Shown one piece after another: positions 40,943 through 55,356 of a DNA stretch of 64,000 bases. Within the stretch, counting starts at the first letter, position 1, and every line of letters begins with the position of its first letter. A program made the translations under genes and the position numbers. The DNA lies in assembly GCA_964016885.1 (NCBI GenBank), contig OZ024741.1, positions 14,570,001 to 14,634,000 on the forward strand, read 5' to 3'. A model generated the notes under the pieces. That model saw only the letters and a list, made by a program, of their open reading frames with translations, made no database searches and was not told where the DNA came from. The DNA comes from Eledone cirrhosa. Its lineage: Eukaryota.

Positions 40943-41129
40943 ACACAATAACAATGGCAATAACATCAACGATAAAATCGGGAAATATCCTTATTATTTC
41001 CCTCCTCAACATCCCAGATCCACGCAGAATATATTTAAAAGTAAACTCTTAACAAATAGGTTGCACAATTCTAACGAACATAAGAGTACATACACAGAAG
41101 GAGCTGTAGTATTAATAGTGTTATTTGCC

Positions 41130-41430
41130 TTCATACATTGTGCCGGGATACACAACAATCGGGGGAATAGCTGTAGTTATTACACTCCTAGTCTAGCTTG
41201 CCTACCTCAACCATGGCCATCAACAGAAGCCACGGGTAACCAGAAAGAAACTTGATACTACAGAAAGTACATGTTCATACTGTCACACTACACACCGTAG
41301 TATTCAGCACTATATGTTTGACAGTGAAATACCTGTGGAAATAGACTGGACCTTGGTGAGAGTGTAATATGTCACCCTACACCAGTCATGGGAAACTGTG
41401 GCCCGTTTGGCTTTCTGAATAGTACGCCTA
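41130..41430 (+). mobile_element. Possible 3' remnant of an I-group LINE (CCHC knuckle)
   Basis: LNHGH..TCSYCHTTHRSIQHYMFD resembles the C-terminal CxxC..H..C motif. Confidence 0.35.
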
Positions 41431-42195
41431 ATTTCAAATTTTTTTTTTTTTTTAGTAGGATTCTTAAGCGTTTTATTAATGAAAAAAAAAGAACTCATAA
41501 ATAGATTAAACTTGGTCAGCCTATGAACTCCTCATCCCTTTTACTCCTCATCTATGAACTCCTCACCTATGAACTCCTCATCCGACCCTTCTACTCCTCA
41601 TCCGACCCTTCTATATGTATATACATGTTTGTCAGTGTGTGTGTACATATGTATATAGAATATTGTCCTAACTACTATATACATAGATAAATCTATTTCA
41701 ATAACGACACTACAGATATTTACAAACGAGAAAAGAAGGGAAGGGAAAGGGTTCTGGGGTTACAGAAGAATGGAAGGAAGAAGGGCGAGCGAGGGGGATG
41801 GATTCTAGGCCTAGCGGGTGGTGGTTTGGAGGCTGCACCCCGCGGACAAAACCTCAAAGGCGTTTCGCTGTAACAGCCACACCACCTCGTGGAACTCCTT
41901 CATCAGACGGGCTGCTGATGTTGTGGGAGAGCTCCAAAATTGCCTTGAATTTTTTAGAAGTGCGGCCCGCCTTATGGGGCCCATTGCTCGAGATATGTTA
42001 CCGCTGCCTACCCTATACACTATATTATCCAGCACTATACGTCGTGTGTGTAGCAAAGTACTCAATGTCAGAGTCAGGCTTTATTTTTTAACAAAGTCCC
42101 TGGACAGAAACAAGACTGGTTGGAATTACTACATGTTAGATTACACAGCGCTAGCATCACTCCTTCATGGGCAGCCTATGAACTTTTCAGCCAAC

Positions 42196-43090
<895 letters not shown>

Positions 43091-44581
43091 GAATATTTTG
43101 CCCTCTTTCAACCCGTTTTCTCTCTCCGTCTCCTTTAATATCTTTATCACAGTCTATCTCGTACAGAAAGTACTGACGTCTCCCCCACTACACCCCCTCC
43201 TCCCTATCACAGTCTCGTACAGAAAGTACTGACGTCTCCCCCACTACACCCCCTCCTCCCTCCTTCCTTTGGTCAGATCTGATTCTCTGTCTTAATCCTT
43301 CAATCATTGTTAGATAGCCAGACATACAGACCACCAGCTCCTTCTCCTCTCTCTCCTCCCCCTCTTACGTACACCTCCTCCAACCTACACCTCCTCTCCT
43401 ACACATATCTCCACCATTCCTCAGCAGATCATCTTGCACATACATACACATACGCACGCATACACACATACACTACTCATACTCACGGTCTCACACACAC
43501 ACATACACACACACACACACTCATACACACACATATACACATACACATGAACACATACAGTCACACGTGCATACACACTCATACACACACACACACACAT
43601 ACACACATACACACTCATACACACAAACTCACACACACACACATACACACACACACTCACACACACACACATACACACATACAGACACACACCCACACAC
43701 ACACATACACATACACACATTCATACACACACACACTCTCACACACACACATAAACACACTCATACACACACACACACGCACATACATACACATTCATAC
43801 ATACACGCGTGCATACCCAAACACCCACCACATCCCCACCCACACAAAGCACGGTCATTTCCCCCACGCCATCCCCCAAGCTACATCTCCAGATAACAAT
43901 CAATGTCCGTCAATCATGTTTAAACCAAATCCTCGTCATATTATATTTGGTCATCTTTGACGATTCATTAACTCTTATCGACTATCTGCTCAAATTACAT
44001 TGGGTTATTATAGTTTCCGTTATTGTAGCCTCCCAATACGGCAGTGATCTTGGCAAACAGATCTCTGATCAAAGACCTTCCAACCATGACCAGTCCTCCC
44101 TGTTTTCTTTTTATTTTATATTTTCAGCAATAGTGTACGACTGATTATATTAGACAAAGTATTCCTTTTTAATTCTTTTCTTTAAACGGCGGCTTACGCA
44201 TGTTAACCGTTTACAAAAAGCCTCTCACTTGGATACACACACACACACATACACACATACACACACACACGCCCCCCCCCCCACACACACACACGCACAC
44301 ACATATATATAATGACAGTACTTTACTCCGTTCCTGCACTGGATACCACATCTACGATGGATTACTTACATTAAGTTGAGTGCTTTGTTCGATTTGTTAC
44401 ATCATGATTTGCCTACCAGAGCCACCAGTTCGACCGTTTGGTAATCAAAATAACTTAAATATATATATATATTATTCGAGTAAAGAAACGTTGGCTGATC
44501 AAATAATCTACGGAGTTTAGGCGTAAAGAGACATAAAGCACTCTACAATTTGTTCCTTAAAGTATTATCAATAAGGTATCA

Positions 44582-44766
44582 AGGATTGGCAGTATCGGTA
44601 GAGTGTCGGACGCCATGCTTTACAGCAAAGAGTTACGGCCCTTTATGGTTTGAGTTCAAATCCTGCCGAGGTTAACTTTGCCTTTCATCCTTACGGGGTC
44701 GATAAAATAAAGTACCAGTAATGCACTGGGTAATTGCTGGCCGTGTGCCAAAAGTAGAAACAATTG
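44582..44766 (+). mobile_element. SINE family 1
   Basis: Family match. Confidence 0.9.
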
Positions 44767-44767
44767 T

Positions 44768-45140
44768 TATAAAGCAGTGAGACGGTTTAAAGTGTCCATC
44801 CCTTGTTTATTATATAATCCTGTTATACGTATTTCAAAGACATCAAAGGGAATGCATATTAACCCTTTGACGTGCCCTCATCAGACAGGCGTTAAGTTGT
44901 AATGTTTTGTTTTTGATATATTATAATATTTAGGAGGGTTATGGTAGCAGTCCCCTACCTGTAAGCATGTGATGTACAGAACTGTTTCTATAGGCAAGCA
45001 GGGTCGGGGGAGATATTACTCTTGCTACAACTTAACATCTGTCTGATAAAGACACTTTGATGTCTTTGAAAAACAACAGGATTATGTCATAAATAGAGTA
45101 TGAACACTTAAAACCGTTTCTCTTCTTTATTATAATTGTT
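44768..45140. mobile_element. Fold-back element, family D
   Basis: Diverged arms ~44768-44901 / 45026-45131 ending in TA. Confidence 0.7.
44819..44889 (-). ncRNA. Type I hammerhead ribozyme motif
   Basis: Minus strand: CCTGT-CTGATGA-gggcACGTCAAAGGG..CCCTTTGATGTcttt-GAAA-TACGTA-TA-ACAGG. Perfect stem I, palindromic stem III; the mirror copy is decayed. Confidence 0.85.
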
Positions 45141-45224
45141 ATATATATATATATATATATATATGAAGATCCCGTTAAGGGTGAAAGCAGCGATTCTTTG
45201 CTTAAACTTTAATCTGTTATTTTA

Positions 45225-45321
<97 letters not shown>

Positions 45322-45438
45322 AGTATGTACACGTACATACATATATGTATACAGACGTACAGTATGTACGTGTACATACTTATATTTAAGTAACAGCCGT
45401 ACTAAGAGTGGGAAATGAAATTATGTTTCATTTTTTCC

Positions 45439-45501
<63 letters not shown>

Positions 45502-45509
<8 letters not shown>

Positions 45510-46217
45510 TAACAGATTGAAGTTTAAGCAAAGAATTCTTCTGAAACTAAAAAAGTCAATCTGTGAACGCAGAACTGGATATTTCAAAAAACGTTGCAAC
45601 CTGAGGAAGACAGGAAGACGATACTTTGGTTCGTGGAAACGTTCCCTGGCAAAGAACGGGAAAAAACGAATATAATACGTCATTAATAGGAGCGGTGAAA
45701 AACAATTACACGCAAAGATAGGATCACGTTTATGGTATAAAAGAAGTCGTAGACTAAAGATCTCTTAGGTGGTTCATGGAGATGTTCTCTGGCAATGAAC
45801 GGAAAAAACGAAGATAATACGTCATATGTGGAGCGTGGAGAACCACCTAAGGGAACTTTAGTCTACGACTTCTTTTATACCCTAAACGTGGTCATGTCTT
45901 TGCGTGTAATTGTTTTTCACCGCTCCTATTAATGACGTATTATTCGTTTTTCCCGTTCTTTGCCAGGGAACGTTTCCACAAACCAAAGTATCGTCTTCCT
46001 GTCTTCCTCCGGTTACAACGTTTTTTGAAATATCCACTTCTGCGTTTACAGATTGACTTTTTTAGTTTCAGAAGATCCGTTAAGGGTGAAAGCAGCGATT
46101 CTTTGCTTAAACTTTAATCTGTTATTTTAATAAATATTTGCTCTACGGTTCTTATATATTTGATATATATTTATCCTTATCGAGCCCTCTTTGGATTTTA
46201 GTCTTCAAATTTATTAT

Positions 46218-46222
<5 letters not shown>
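45502..46222. mobile_element. Longest family A fold-back element
   Basis: Arms ~45502-45775 / 45841-46132. Right arm has the CAGAAGA hammerhead-like motif (46064-46113) and tail; left arm has the core deleted. More family A pieces at 45165-45232 and 46372-46523. Confidence 0.8.
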
Positions 46223-46270
<48 letters not shown>

Positions 46271-46290
46271 AATTATATATTTATATACAA

Positions 46291-46358
<68 letters not shown>

Positions 46359-46418
46359 AATTGTTTCTACTACTAATAATAAATGTGAAGACTAAAATCC
46401 GAAAAGGGCTCGATAAGG

Positions 46419-46468
<50 letters not shown>

Positions 46469-46515
46469 GCAGAGCAAATATTTATTAAAATAACAGATTA
46501 AACTTTAATCTATTA

Positions 46516-46581
<66 letters not shown>

Positions 46582-46585
<4 letters not shown>

Positions 46586-46745
46586 AAGGGGCGCTGAAAA
46601 TTTCCCGGCTTGAAATGTTTCACAGAGACCTGGATGGAGGCCCAACTTTCCAAGTTCTTTTTACAGTGCTTACAAAAACTTAAGGACTGCATGTGGTGAA
46701 GTGTGAGAAACTGAGATGGAAATGTGTTGAATAAAATCATAAGTA
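46582..46745 (+). mobile_element. Tc1/mariner-derived non-autonomous fragment
   Basis: GAAGGGGCGCTGAAAA mariner-like end after TA, and VKCEKLRWKCVE* resembling a mariner transposase C-terminus. Confidence 0.5.
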
Positions 46746-46943
46746 CTCAAACAAGGAGGAAATAATCGAGAATTTCCGGATCTTTACTCAGAGTTTAAGG
46801 TATTGGACAAGGGGCTGGCAAAGAGCTTGAACCTTCTCGACAAGATTCTGGTCCCTACACGACCCACCAGACAACCATGCTTATATCTCTCTCACTTTCT
46901 TTCTTTCCCTATCTACCTCTCTTTCTCTCTCTCTCTATCACTT

Positions 46944-46980
<37 letters not shown>

Positions 46981-47086
46981 CTCTTTCTCTCTCCCTCAAT
47001 CACTTTTCTCTCTCTCTTTCTCTTTGTGTGCGCGTTTGTATGTGTGCATCAGTGTACATGTAAGTGTGTGTGTGCGCCAGTATACG

Positions 47087-47132
<46 letters not shown>

Positions 47133-48059
47133 TGTGTGTGTGTGTGTGTGCATCAGTGTACATGTGCGTGCATCAGTAACATGTATGTGTATGTGTGAGC
47201 ACCAGTGTATGTATGTGTGTTTCCCTTGCTATAAATTGATAGTTGAGTTAACATATAAAACGAAACTATAGAATCAAACTAGAAATCCCCAACCAATCCA
47301 TCCAACCACTGACATGTTTCACTAACCTGCCCTCCACCATCCCCTCCCCACACTAACCTGCCCCTCCCCCCACCCTCCACCATCGCCCCAACCTCCCCTC
47401 CACCATCTCCTCCAGACCCCAACCTGCCCTCCACCATCTCCCCTATCCCTCAACCCTTCTAACTTTCCTTTCAGCTATATAATCTACTAATCAGTTAATC
47501 CTATAAACCCTTTCACTGGACATCTTCGAATGACGTCTGTCTGCCGTCAGAAAATACTTCTGATGAAAAGATGGTGGACAAACTCTAGTCAGGCCACCCT
47601 CAGGCCACAGGCAACTCCTGATTGACCATATCTTTGATAAAAAAAGGATCGATCGACTTTCGTCAAATCGGACCGAGGAAACAATGTTTCCGTTGGTCTT
47701 TCCAGTTGCTCATACTATCTATCGGTCGCAACTCCAGGTAGAAGGAGCAACGTGAAATAAAGTGTCTTGCTCAAGGACATAACGCATCGCTGGTCCAGGA
47801 ATCGAACTCACCACCTCAAGATTGTGAATCCAATTATAATTAGAACGTGTCGTTGACTTTTTTGAAACGGTGTAACATCGTCTGAGGAGATTTCGCTGCT
47901 ATATTTAGCAGATCAAGCAGCCACATAGAGGTTTCTTGTCTTGGTTTCTTACCGTCAGATTTATATATTTAGGTCTCTTTCTCTTTCCCTCCTTACTTGG
48001 ATTTTAATTCATTTATTTATTCAATCATTCATACAATTGCTCATTCATTCCGTAGTCCT

Positions 48060-49580
48060 TGATTCCCTTGTTCCTTTATTCCGTTGTTCCTTCATTCCGT
48101 TGTTCCTTCATTCCGTTGTTCCTTCATTCCGTTGTTCCTTCATTCCGTTGTTCCTTTATGCCGTTGTTCCTTTATCCGTTGTTCCATCATTCCGTTGTTC
48201 CTTTATTCCGTTGTCCTTCATTCAGTTGTTCCTTCATTCCGTTCTACCTTCAATCCGTTGTTCCTTTATTCCGTTGTTCCTTCATTCAGTTGTTCCTTTC
48301 TTCCGTTGTTCCTTTATTCCGTTGTTCCATCATTCAGTTGTTCCTTCATTCAGTTGTTCCTTTCTTCCGTTGTTCCTTTATTCCGTTGTTCCATCATTCA
48401 GTTGTTCCATCATTCAGTTGTTCCTTTATTCCGTTGTTCGTTCATTCAGTTGTTCCTTTCTTCCGTTATTCCTTTATTCCGTTGTTCCATCATTCAGTTT
48501 TTCCTTTATTCCGTTGTTCCTTCATTCCGTTGTTCCTTTATTCCGTTGTTCCTTTATCTGTTGTTCCTTCATTCCGTTCTTCCTTTATTGCGTTGTTCCT
48601 TTATATATTTATTTTTCATTTCTTCATTTCTTTGTTCATTTTTCATTTTTTAATTTTCCTTTTCTTTCCTTATTTCCTTCCTTCATTCCTCCTTTCCCTT
48701 CCTTCCTTAATTCTGTCACTCATTCCTTCCGTCTTTCCTTCCTGCTGTCACTCTTTCCATCCGTCTTTCCTTCCTTCTGTCACTATTTCCTTCCGTCTTT
48801 CTTTCCTTCCTTATTTCCTTCCTTCTGTCACTCTTTCCTTCCGTCTTTCCTTCCTTCTGTCACTCTTTCCATCCGTCTTTCTTTCCTTCCTTATTTCCTT
48901 CCTTCTGTCACTCTTTACTTCCGTCTTTCCTTCCTTCTGTCACTCTTTCCTTCCATCTTTCCTTCTGTCACTCTTTCCTTCCGTCTTTCCTTCCTTCTGT
49001 CACTCTTTCCATCCGACTTTACTTCCTTCCTTATTTCCTTCCTGCTGTCACTCTTTCCATCCGTCTTTCCTTCCTTCTGTCACTCTTTCCTTCCGTCTTT
49101 CTTTCCTTCCTTATTTCCTTCCGTCTTTCCTTCCTTCTGTCACTCTTTCCATCCGTCTTTCCTTCCTTCCTTATTTCCTTCCTGCTGTCACTCTTTCCTT
49201 CTGTCACTCTTTCCTTCCGTCTTTCCTTCATTCTGTCACTCTTGCCTTCCGTCTTTCCTCCTTCCTTATTTCCTTCCTGCTGTCACTCTTTCCTTCCGTC
49301 TTTCCTTCATTATGTCACTCTTTCCTTCCGTCTTTCCTCCTTCCTTATTTCCTTCCTGCTGTCACTCTTTCCTTCCGTCTTTCCTTAAAATAAAGTACCA
49401 GTAATGCACTGGGTAATTGCTGGCCTTGTGCCAAAAGTAGAAACAATTATGTTACTCTTTCCTTCCGTCTTTCCTTCCTTCTATCACTCTTTCCTTCCGT
49501 CTTTCCTTCCTTCTGTCACTCTTTCCTTCCGTCTTTCCTTCCTTCTGTCACTCTTTCCTTCCGTCTTTCCTTCCTTCTGT
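48060..49580. repeat. 16-bp then ~32-bp pyrimidine-rich minisatellites, with a SINE 3' tip at 49385-49450
   Basis: TTCATTCCGTTGTTCC and CTGTCACTCTTTCCTTCCGTCTTTCCTTCCTT units. Confidence 0.9.
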
Positions 49581-49872
49581 TAATATTTCCCTCCGTCCTG
49601 CCGTCCTTCATTCCTTCATTTCCAATATTCTCATTTTTTATACCTTCATTCATTCGGTCGTCATTCATTCCTCATGAAACTCCTTTACCATCTCTGTATT
49701 ATAACTGCAACCGACATATACATACATACACACATACATATATACATACATACATACATACACACATACATATATACATACATACATACACACATACATA
49801 TATACATACATACATACACATACATACATACATACGTACAAATATACATACATGCATACATACATACATACA

Positions 49873-49903
<31 letters not shown>

Positions 49904-49905
<2 letters not shown>

Positions 49906-51351
49906 GGTGGCTGCCAACTCGTTTTCGAGTACGGCCACTACTTTATATCCATGTAGGAGAACCCCTACCGATGCGCTGAACAAGTGTGACTTTTTAGTCC
50001 AGCCAGCGACTTGAAAACTCTAGTACAAACACTACACTTGTGACAATTATTGACACATAGTGCTGGGCCCATGGTACCATGTGACGACAAGTGCAGAGAG
50101 ATCTCCAGATATAAAGCAATGCCTGGTCTGTGAAGCTTTTCTTTTATAGTGAGCAAAGGCACTGCACAAAGCCAGTCCCACTCTCTTAACCAAGATGATA
50201 TTTACCAAAAAGAAGAACAAGTCAACATCATTGGATACCATCAGGGTTGCAGGTGTTATATCAGAGTTTTCCTTCTCCTAGAATTCTGCCTTGATAAAGG
50301 CTAAGAGGTCATCTCTCCCGGTGATTTTGGATGGCCATTGACTCTTACTTTACTGTAGCACCGGCTCAGAGCAGGAGAGTTAGGGCGAAAAAGGTATCGG
50401 ATGCTGAATTTGCCGACGACATAGTTTTGGTGACAAATACAGTGAAGGAGGCAGAGGATTTGATGCGGGAGGTTGAGACTGTGTCGATGAGTGTGCGGCT
50501 GAGAATGAATGAGACTAAAACAAAATATCTGGTAGAGAATGTTGAGAAGCCAGAGGGGATCACTAATGTAGGCGGGAAGCCGCTAGAATTGGTTGAGGGC
50601 TTCCTGTATTTGGGAGCAAAGATTGGGAATACGGAAGATGATGTGGTTGAGAGGAAGAGCAAGGCCTGGGCGGCGTGCCACAGCTTGAGATCGGTGTGGA
50701 AGTCGGACCTTCGTAGAGACCTGAAAATCCGCCTCTTCATTGCTGTAGTGGAGTCTGTGCTGCTGTATGGGTCTGAGACTTGGACACTGACCAAGAAACT
50801 CACTCAGATGGTGGATGGGTGCTACACAAGAATGCTGAAGATGGCTCTGAACATTAATCAGTATACACTGAGGATGAAAAACTCAGAGCTGTATGGGAGC
50901 ATCCCAAAAGTCAGCTCAAAAGTGACACAGAGGAGACTGAGGTTAGCTGGATATGCTCACCGACATCCAGAGTTGACATTGCACTCTGTGCTCCTTTGGG
51001 AGCCCCTACATGGACACACTAGAAGCGGAAGACCAAGGTTAACGTATGTTGTTGTCCTAAGGACAGACACTGGTCTGTTGGAGACGCAGGACATGGCAGC
51101 GATAATGAGGGACAGAGACCACTGGTGAGAACACGTCCATGGATCTCGGGAATTTTACCCGCCTTAGAGATTGACTCTTAAGAGCTCCTTTGCGCTTTGA
51201 CAGGTTTTGTTTTTAGTCCTGCAGGATGTCCAAAGTCACCCTCCTCACCAAGAAACCTTGGTGGAGTTACCAGTTTAGTCGCCAACGACCCGACCATGAG
51301 ACAGTTTGTACTGGGATACATGTTACCAGTAGCACCAACTGGTGACCTGAC
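49904..51351 (-). mobile_element. Family X interrupted by an RTE insertion; extra 3' tip at 51380-51458
   Basis: The two halves rejoin to the sequence seen uninterrupted at 25001-25030. Confidence 0.9.
50348..51169 (+). mobile_element. RTE LINE 3' fragment nested in family X
   Basis: FADD..LLYGSETW open frame; duplication ATTGACTCTTA at 50337-50347 and 51170-51180. Confidence 0.92.
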
Positions 51352-51879
51352 ATATTACCAAACATGTATACACACATACATGGTGGCTGCCAACTCGTTT
51401 TCGAGTACGGCCACTACTTTATATCCATGTAAGAGAACTCCTACCGATGCGCTGAACACATACATACACACATACATACGCACATACATACACACACACA
51501 TACACTCATACACACACATACATATACACATACACAAACACGTACATACATACATATTTATATATATACAAACATGTATACACACATACATACACACATA
51601 CATACATACAGACAGACAGACACACACACACAATTACACAGAGATAGATACACATACATACACATACACACACATAAATTCACACACACTCACACACATA
51701 CACTCAAACATACCATACATACATACACACTCACTAGAGTGTCGCATTGCACTGTGGGTAATAGAACGTCGGCCGCCATTAATCTTCGAACACCTTAGAT
51801 GCCAGAGAGAGAGAGTTACGTTCTTTATGATGCTGTCTCGGCCTGAACACCTATTGCTGGATCGAGAGGCTGGTAGTAT

Positions 51880-51908
51880 TACTACCTCCACTACCACCAC
51901 TACTACTA

Positions 51909-51960
<52 letters not shown>

Positions 51961-52021
51961 CTCCACTACTACTACCACCACTACTACTACTACCATTACT
52001 ACTACTACTACTACCTCCACT

Positions 52022-52056
<35 letters not shown>

Positions 52057-52082
52057 CTCCACTACCACCACTACTATTACTA

Positions 52083-52137
<55 letters not shown>

Positions 52138-52205
52138 CACTACTACTACCTCCACTACTACTACCACCACTACTACTACTACCATTACTACTACTACTAC
52201 TACCT

Positions 52206-52269
<64 letters not shown>

Positions 52270-52271
52270 CT

Positions 52272-52317
<46 letters not shown>

Positions 52318-52331
52318 CACTACTACTACTA

Positions 52332-52398
<67 letters not shown>

Positions 52399-52400
52399 CT

Positions 52401-52467
<67 letters not shown>

Positions 52468-52556
52468 CACTACTACTACTACTACCACTACTACTACCAC
52501 CACTACTACTACTACCATTACTACTACTACTACTACCTCCACTACTACTACTACCA
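51880..52556. repeat. (ACT)n microsatellite
   Basis: Direct reading. Confidence 0.95.
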
Positions 52557-53153
52557 TATTACTTAACATCTCTCTCCATATTATTTACTCACTTCAGTCT
52601 ATATTTTTACTCACCTCAATCCGAATTATCACCTGAAAAGAATTTTTTTTAAATTCTTAAATTTCTAATTGTTAATTTCTTAATTGTTTAATTTATAATT
52701 TCTGATATTTGATTTAGGATTTTAATTTTTATTTCCAACTCTCACACTTAACTTCCAACGTAAAACCATGATACCTAGAATTAAGTTTATTTTCCCTTAT
52801 AAGGTGATGGTCAGTCGTACCGTCAACGCTTAGTGAGGGGTAGTATTATGACCTACTCTCCCACCCCCTCTGGCTCTCGGCTGACTGCCACAGCCGTGAT
52901 GGGTTGCAGTAAAATATGGTCCAGGCATTGGTGGGCCATTGTTTTGGCTGGGGGGGTGAACTGACTAAGCGAATTTCGTTGAAATCTGCGGTGGCTAATG
53001 GTCAACTTCCTTCGGACATACTCTTGCGCAGGCCGGTGGGGGGTGAATTGGTACTCACAAGGGAGCGGATGAAAAATCCCAAAACACGCAATTCATCCGT
53101 TCCCATGTCGATCCAATTTGGATTGCCTCGGAAACAACCTTATTATGTAACAA

Positions 53154-53227
53154 GCTATCTGATGATGCCACGACACTCGCACACAGAACAGTGTGGCCAG
53201 TGTCGTCATTGAAATATATATCACAGC
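53154..53227 (+). ncRNA. Type I hammerhead ribozyme motif
   Basis: GCTAT-CTGATGA-tgccACGACACT..AGTGTCGTcatt-GAAA-TATATA-TC-ACAGC (one stem I mismatch); ATTAAA follows, TA tract about 125 nt downstream. Confidence 0.75.
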
Positions 53228-53347
53228 ATTATTATTAAAGTTGAACATCTGAAACTACTTCGCTTTTCCTTATTCGATATTTACTCCGTCACTCCTATGT
53301 GGAAAAAGTACGTTGAGTCCTTGAATTGAATTGCATCAATGTTTACC

Positions 53348-53413
<66 letters not shown>

Positions 53414-53417
<4 letters not shown>

Positions 53418-53680
53418 ATTAGAAAGTGAACAGCACAAAATATAACTACTCCATTACCAAAGGTTTCTGGATCCCAGATAATATTAATATAGTCTGGATC
53501 GAACATCTCTGTCTGACGACCGATCCAGACGTATATTATTATTGTCTGTGATCCAGAAACCTTTGGTAATGGAGTAGTTACATTTTGTGTTGTTCACTTT
53601 CTAATTAAATAGCTCTGTTCTATACATAGAGCACTCTTTTTTCCTTGGCATTTTCTTCGGAATTACCTAACATATATATC
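53414..53680. mobile_element. Fold-back element, family E
   Basis: Arms ~53414-53501 / 53521-53610; right arm continues as a tail; TA flanks. Confidence 0.75.
53508..53573 (+). ncRNA. Type I hammerhead ribozyme motif
   Basis: TCTGT-CTGACGA-ccGATCCAGAC..GTCTGtGATCca-GAAA-CCtttGG-TA-ATGGA; GUA cleavage triplet. Confidence 0.7.
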
Positions 53681-54886
53681 TCGTTTCGATATCTTATTAT
53701 TTATATATATATATATATAGGAATGAAAAATGGCGTCTCTCCCCCTTCTCTCTCCTTCTCCTTCTTACTTTCATTCACCCCTCTGCTAGTCACCCTCTCT
53801 CGGCTAGCTTCTTCCTCACACTTTCACTCACTTACTCTCTTCCTCCATCGTCCCACACCGTGCGAAATTCTTTCCTCGCTTACTTTCGCACAGTTAAGAT
53901 GTGTCTTTCGTCTTCTCGTCAATATTCGCAAGTTCTTATGTTCAAAATGAACCATTGACTTGATTTTCTCATGTTTTCCTCTCTTTACGTTGCCTCACTA
54001 TTCGTGTTTGTTTACCTGTCTCTCTTTCTCCACCCAATTCTTGTTATCCCAATAAGCTATTTTAGTTATTGTTCGCGCTAGCCTGAGGTATTTGGTCTTT
54101 AATGCGAAGAAATACCTATGATGGCTAGTAGACGACTGATGATGGATAGTCCAGGCTTCTATTTCTAATTCTTCATTTTAATTTGTATATATATATATAT
54201 ATCTATAATAAGATATCGAAACGAGATTATTAATAAAATGTTGAATATTCACGTTAACAATATAAAAAAAAGCTTTGAGTTGTTGGAACGTTAAAGTACA
54301 AAATTACCAGTTCCACATCCACTAGACTTGTATAATGGCGACAAATATAACGAGCTTGATTACAGAAAGGTTTTGAATATTTTAAAGGGTGGATTAATGT
54401 ATTACAGGGTTTCTAGTCATTAAGACATCTAAAGTATTTTCGCAGATATTTTTAATTTAAAACGATAAAATCAAAGCCACTTTGAATAACGGTTTAACAT
54501 TGCGTTTTTTTTTATAAACAATATACTCCTATTCTATGAGAGGTAAAGTTCACAGCCATCATGGCCCTCGTTTATATTAAGCGGGAGAAATTTGAGTTCA
54601 AATTTGTTCAGGTCCTCTTTTAAGTTTATTCCAATTACGAAGTCTAGTTTCCCTCACTTACTATATTACCTACGAGACAACAAATTGACAGCTGCTAGAG
54701 CTCAGAACGAGAATATAGAAGAAAGGTATGACATACGTAAGACCCCTTAGTTCTATTAGATATACTCTATTAGAAACGTTTGTGTTTGTAAAAAATTCCT
54801 AAGGACAGAACATAATAGAATCAAATTCCCACTGTCTCTGCCTCAGCTCTCTATCGCTCTTCACATCTCTCATTATTATAAGCAAA

Positions 54887-55062
54887 AGGGTGGTGGATTG
54901 GCAGCATTGGTAGGGGGTCGGACGCCATGCTTTGACGCATAGAGTTACGGTCCTTGCCATTCTGAGTTCAAATCCCACCGAGGTTAACTTTGCCTTTGAT
55001 CGATAAAATAAAGTACCAGTAATGCACCGGGTAATTGCTGATTTTTACCAAAAAGTAGATCA
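54887..55062 (+). mobile_element. SINE family 1 with internal deletion
   Basis: Family match; duplication TTATAAGCAAA. Confidence 0.88.
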
Positions 55063-55356
55063 ATGCTTATAAGCAAACGGGGGCCACGGACTCGGCGGAG
55101 AGAAGGGGGAAGTTAGTCGTATTAGAGATTTTCTGTTCTAAAATTTGGTTTGATCGAGATAACTATTGCTTTAACTACCTCAACCCAACTAGATGGGCAG
55201 ACATAGACTAAACAATATATGTGACCCTATTAACAGTATTGTTTCCTTTATAGTAACTCGTGCGGCCTCAACAAATCTTACCATATCGTTCGTTCTTCCT
55301 ACACATCCGGATGTGGAATTTTGACTGACAATATTTGATTATATAAAGGACTGAAT

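Noticed and set aside
41855-41912. Minus-strand CTGATGA..GAAACGCC
   Set aside because: Stems I and III do not close; the region may be a decayed LINE coding remnant.
54136-54160. CTGATGA-TGGAtagTCCA hairpin
   Set aside because: No GAAA box follows.
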